NCBI GenBank assembly: GCA_036172245.1
Contig: JAYWIR010000012.1
Location: 3,286,001-3,350,000, forward strand
Direction: 5' to 3'
Length of the DNA stretch: 64,000 nt
Source: Raillietiella orientalis
Taxonomy: Eukaryota
The notes beneath the pieces are model-generated. The model searched no databases. It had not been told where the DNA came from and saw nothing but the letters and a program-made list of their open reading frames with translations. Position numbers and translations under genes: made by a program. Below, piece by piece: positions 62,120 to 64,000 of this stretch (positions within the stretch are counted from its first letter, which is position 1; each line of letters begins with the position of its first letter).

Positions 62120-63630
62120 TCCTTCCCAACGGGAGTCTCCAGGCCGATCTCACTGGACCTGGGGCGCTGTGGATCCGAACTGATGAAAGTGCGAGGAACG
62201 GGAATCCCAGCTACCGCACCTGCTCGTAGACTGTGTTGCCCTCCGGCCCCTGCGGTCGCGTTGCGCAACGGCCCTTGGTGCACCGACCGACAATCCCAGG
62301 CACGTGATGAAGCGCCTGTTCGTGCGCGATGCCCTTTCGCCTGCCGCATCCCCAGAGGCTCCTTGTTGCTGCCTACGAGGGATTGTGGCAGCCTGGAGCC
62401 ACGCGAGAGGAGGACGGCGGAAATATAGGACGGAATGGAAATCCTTGGATTCTTCTTTTTCTTCTGTCTTCGCTGTTTTCCTTCCAGCTTTTTTTTTTTT
62501 TAAAGATTTTTCTTTTTTTTGGTTCGCTAAGTACCTCAGAGCCGGTCGCGTGCCTCGCGGTGCACGTGACTCTTTTAAACACACTGTTTTGTTTCCACGC
62601 CTCTCTCCTGAGACAACCCCGCAGGGGGGCGTATAATTCTTCAGGATAGGGGGTACCCCGGGATGGGGGTCCACCCTACGAATCCAGGAAGGGCTCGGAG
62701 TCCGTTCCTTTCACTCTTAAGGAGAGATTCCCCCCGTCCGGGGGGGATCGCACCTCCCACCCTGGTTGTCTCCGAAGGGGAACCCTGAAGGGAATCTCCT
62801 TCCTCATTCTCTCTGGAGGGACACCCCCCTGGGAGAGGGGTGGTCCTCTCCATTTCAAATTCTCCGAAGGGAACTTGGAAAGGATCCGCTAGTAGGAATT
62901 TCTTCTCCGGAGGGAACACGCAAGGGAACCGCTCCTGTTCACTCCTCTGAAGAGAACCCCGAAGGGAGCTTCCGAAACTCAGAAGGGGCGCTGCAGCTTC
63001 CCGCAGGGAATCGCTCCCGCTTGCTCCCTTGCACTCTGTGAAGAGGCGACGACTCGGAGGGTCCCCCGCAACAGGGGGGTTCCGCTCCTTTGAACAACTG
63101 GAGAGGTGCCCGTGAGGGCTCCTGCTCCATCTTGAAACCGGAGGGGTCCCCTGGTGAGGGGAAACCGCTCTCCGTTGCACGACAGGAGGGGGAACTCCCC
63201 ACTCCTTTATTTCTGGAAGGACCCGAAGGTCGACTCGCATTGTTCCGATCTTCATCAGGGTCCTCCGGCTTAAACCACCACCAGTACCACGCCCGGATGG
63301 GGATGTCATCTGCTTCGCCCGGCGCTTCCTGCGGACGGCAGCAAGATGGACTTACCTGAGGCGTACTCGGATGGAACTTGCTGGCATCCTGGAAAGGACG
63401 CAGGGGATGTCCTCCAGCGGACAGTGATCTCTTCCCTAACTCTCCCAATTTTTTTGTATATATTTTTTTTGTTTTATTTCTGTTCTCCCCTCCCCCTCAG
63501 CTGTCAAGGCGAACCTCGCCGGCCGGTTACTCGGCAGGTTCCCAACATCCTCGGACGTTGTAGGGCCGATGGCCCTACTCCTATATGTTTACTATTTTTA
63601 TAACAAACGTCCCGGCGTACCGGGTGATAA
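62120..63630 (+). mobile_element. Tx1/L1-like LINE (copy T5) interrupted by SINE copy D
   Basis: PHLLVDCVALRP and CCLRGIVAAWSHARGG up to about 62420. Homology resumes near 63280 and ends with the 3' module (hairpins 63560-63578 and 63611-63624). Confidence 0.75.
62435..63200 (-). mobile_element. SINE-like element, copy D (body and 3' part)
   Basis: The reverse complement aligns with the copy C body (e.g. ggagcggttcccttgcg.gttcc.tccggag.agaaattcc and cggagacaaccagggtgg) and shares the 27-nt terminal block. Confidence 0.7.
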
Positions 63631-63699
63631 ACCAACCGGTGCCGTTTGACGGCAGAGAGCCCTGCTGTCGCACGCGCCACTCTGGAACCCACGTTGCCA

Positions 63700-64000
63700 A
63701 CCCTCCGGCTCCCTGTCGCATTGGAAGATCCCCGACCACCTGATATTTTTCATCACGGAGGTATCCATGGGCAGCAGCCTTACGGCTAGATGGGAGGTTA
63801 CTGTGGAAATCTCCGGAAGGAGAAGAGGACTGGGCGAGTGGAAGACGGACCAGCACATCGACGCTACGACCCCGAGTGCTCGATCTCGTGGACTTTTGCG
63901 CTGGGGCGTGCTGCTGGATATTTTGGAGGAAGACCTGCAGTGGCCCCCGGCGCTCATGAACACCCGCAGTCTCCCCTTAAAGTGGAAGTGATCGGCATTG
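63700..64000 (+). mobile_element. Tx1/L1-like LINE ORF2 fragment (copy T6, runs off window)
   Basis: VEISGRRRGLGEW...ARSRGLLRWGVLLDI...LPLKWK is homologous to T1 18330-18545. Confidence 0.8.

Noticed and set aside
62940..62985. Hammerhead ribozyme-like CTGAAGA...GAAA (also CTGATGA...GAAA at 522-545)
   Set aside because: Stem II closes poorly, and no stem I/III with an NUH cleavage triplet can be formed.

Overview
Eukaryotic animal DNA. It is probably from an invertebrate such as an arthropod, but the taxon cannot be fixed from this sequence. The only securely identifiable gene is an intron-containing MAGE/NSE3 (NSMCE3, SMC5/6 subunit) gene on the + strand: 4 coding exons at 53179-54732, 232 aa, lying in an AT-rich, CpG-depleted island. 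Most of the rest is a GC- and CpG-rich graveyard of decayed non-LTR retrotransposons. (i) A Tx1/L1-like family has at least 8 fragments, several bounded by clear target-site duplications. These end in a conserved hairpin / U-rich / AATAAA / CCCGG-hairpin / TGANAA module instead of a long poly(A) tail. (ii) Older RT and ORF1 (RRM/zinc-knuckle-like) remnants are scattered through the window. (iii) A tRNA-headed SINE-like family (4 copies) has two tandem B-box-like motifs and a 27-nt block identical between two otherwise diverged copies. Candidate minus-strand exons of unidentified gene(s) lie at the left edge, near 15.8 kb, and at 51-52.7 kb, head-to-head with NSE3. Almost all ORFs in the supplied six-frame track are GC-rich artefacts. 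All homology calls were made by eye from motif memory; no database search was run.
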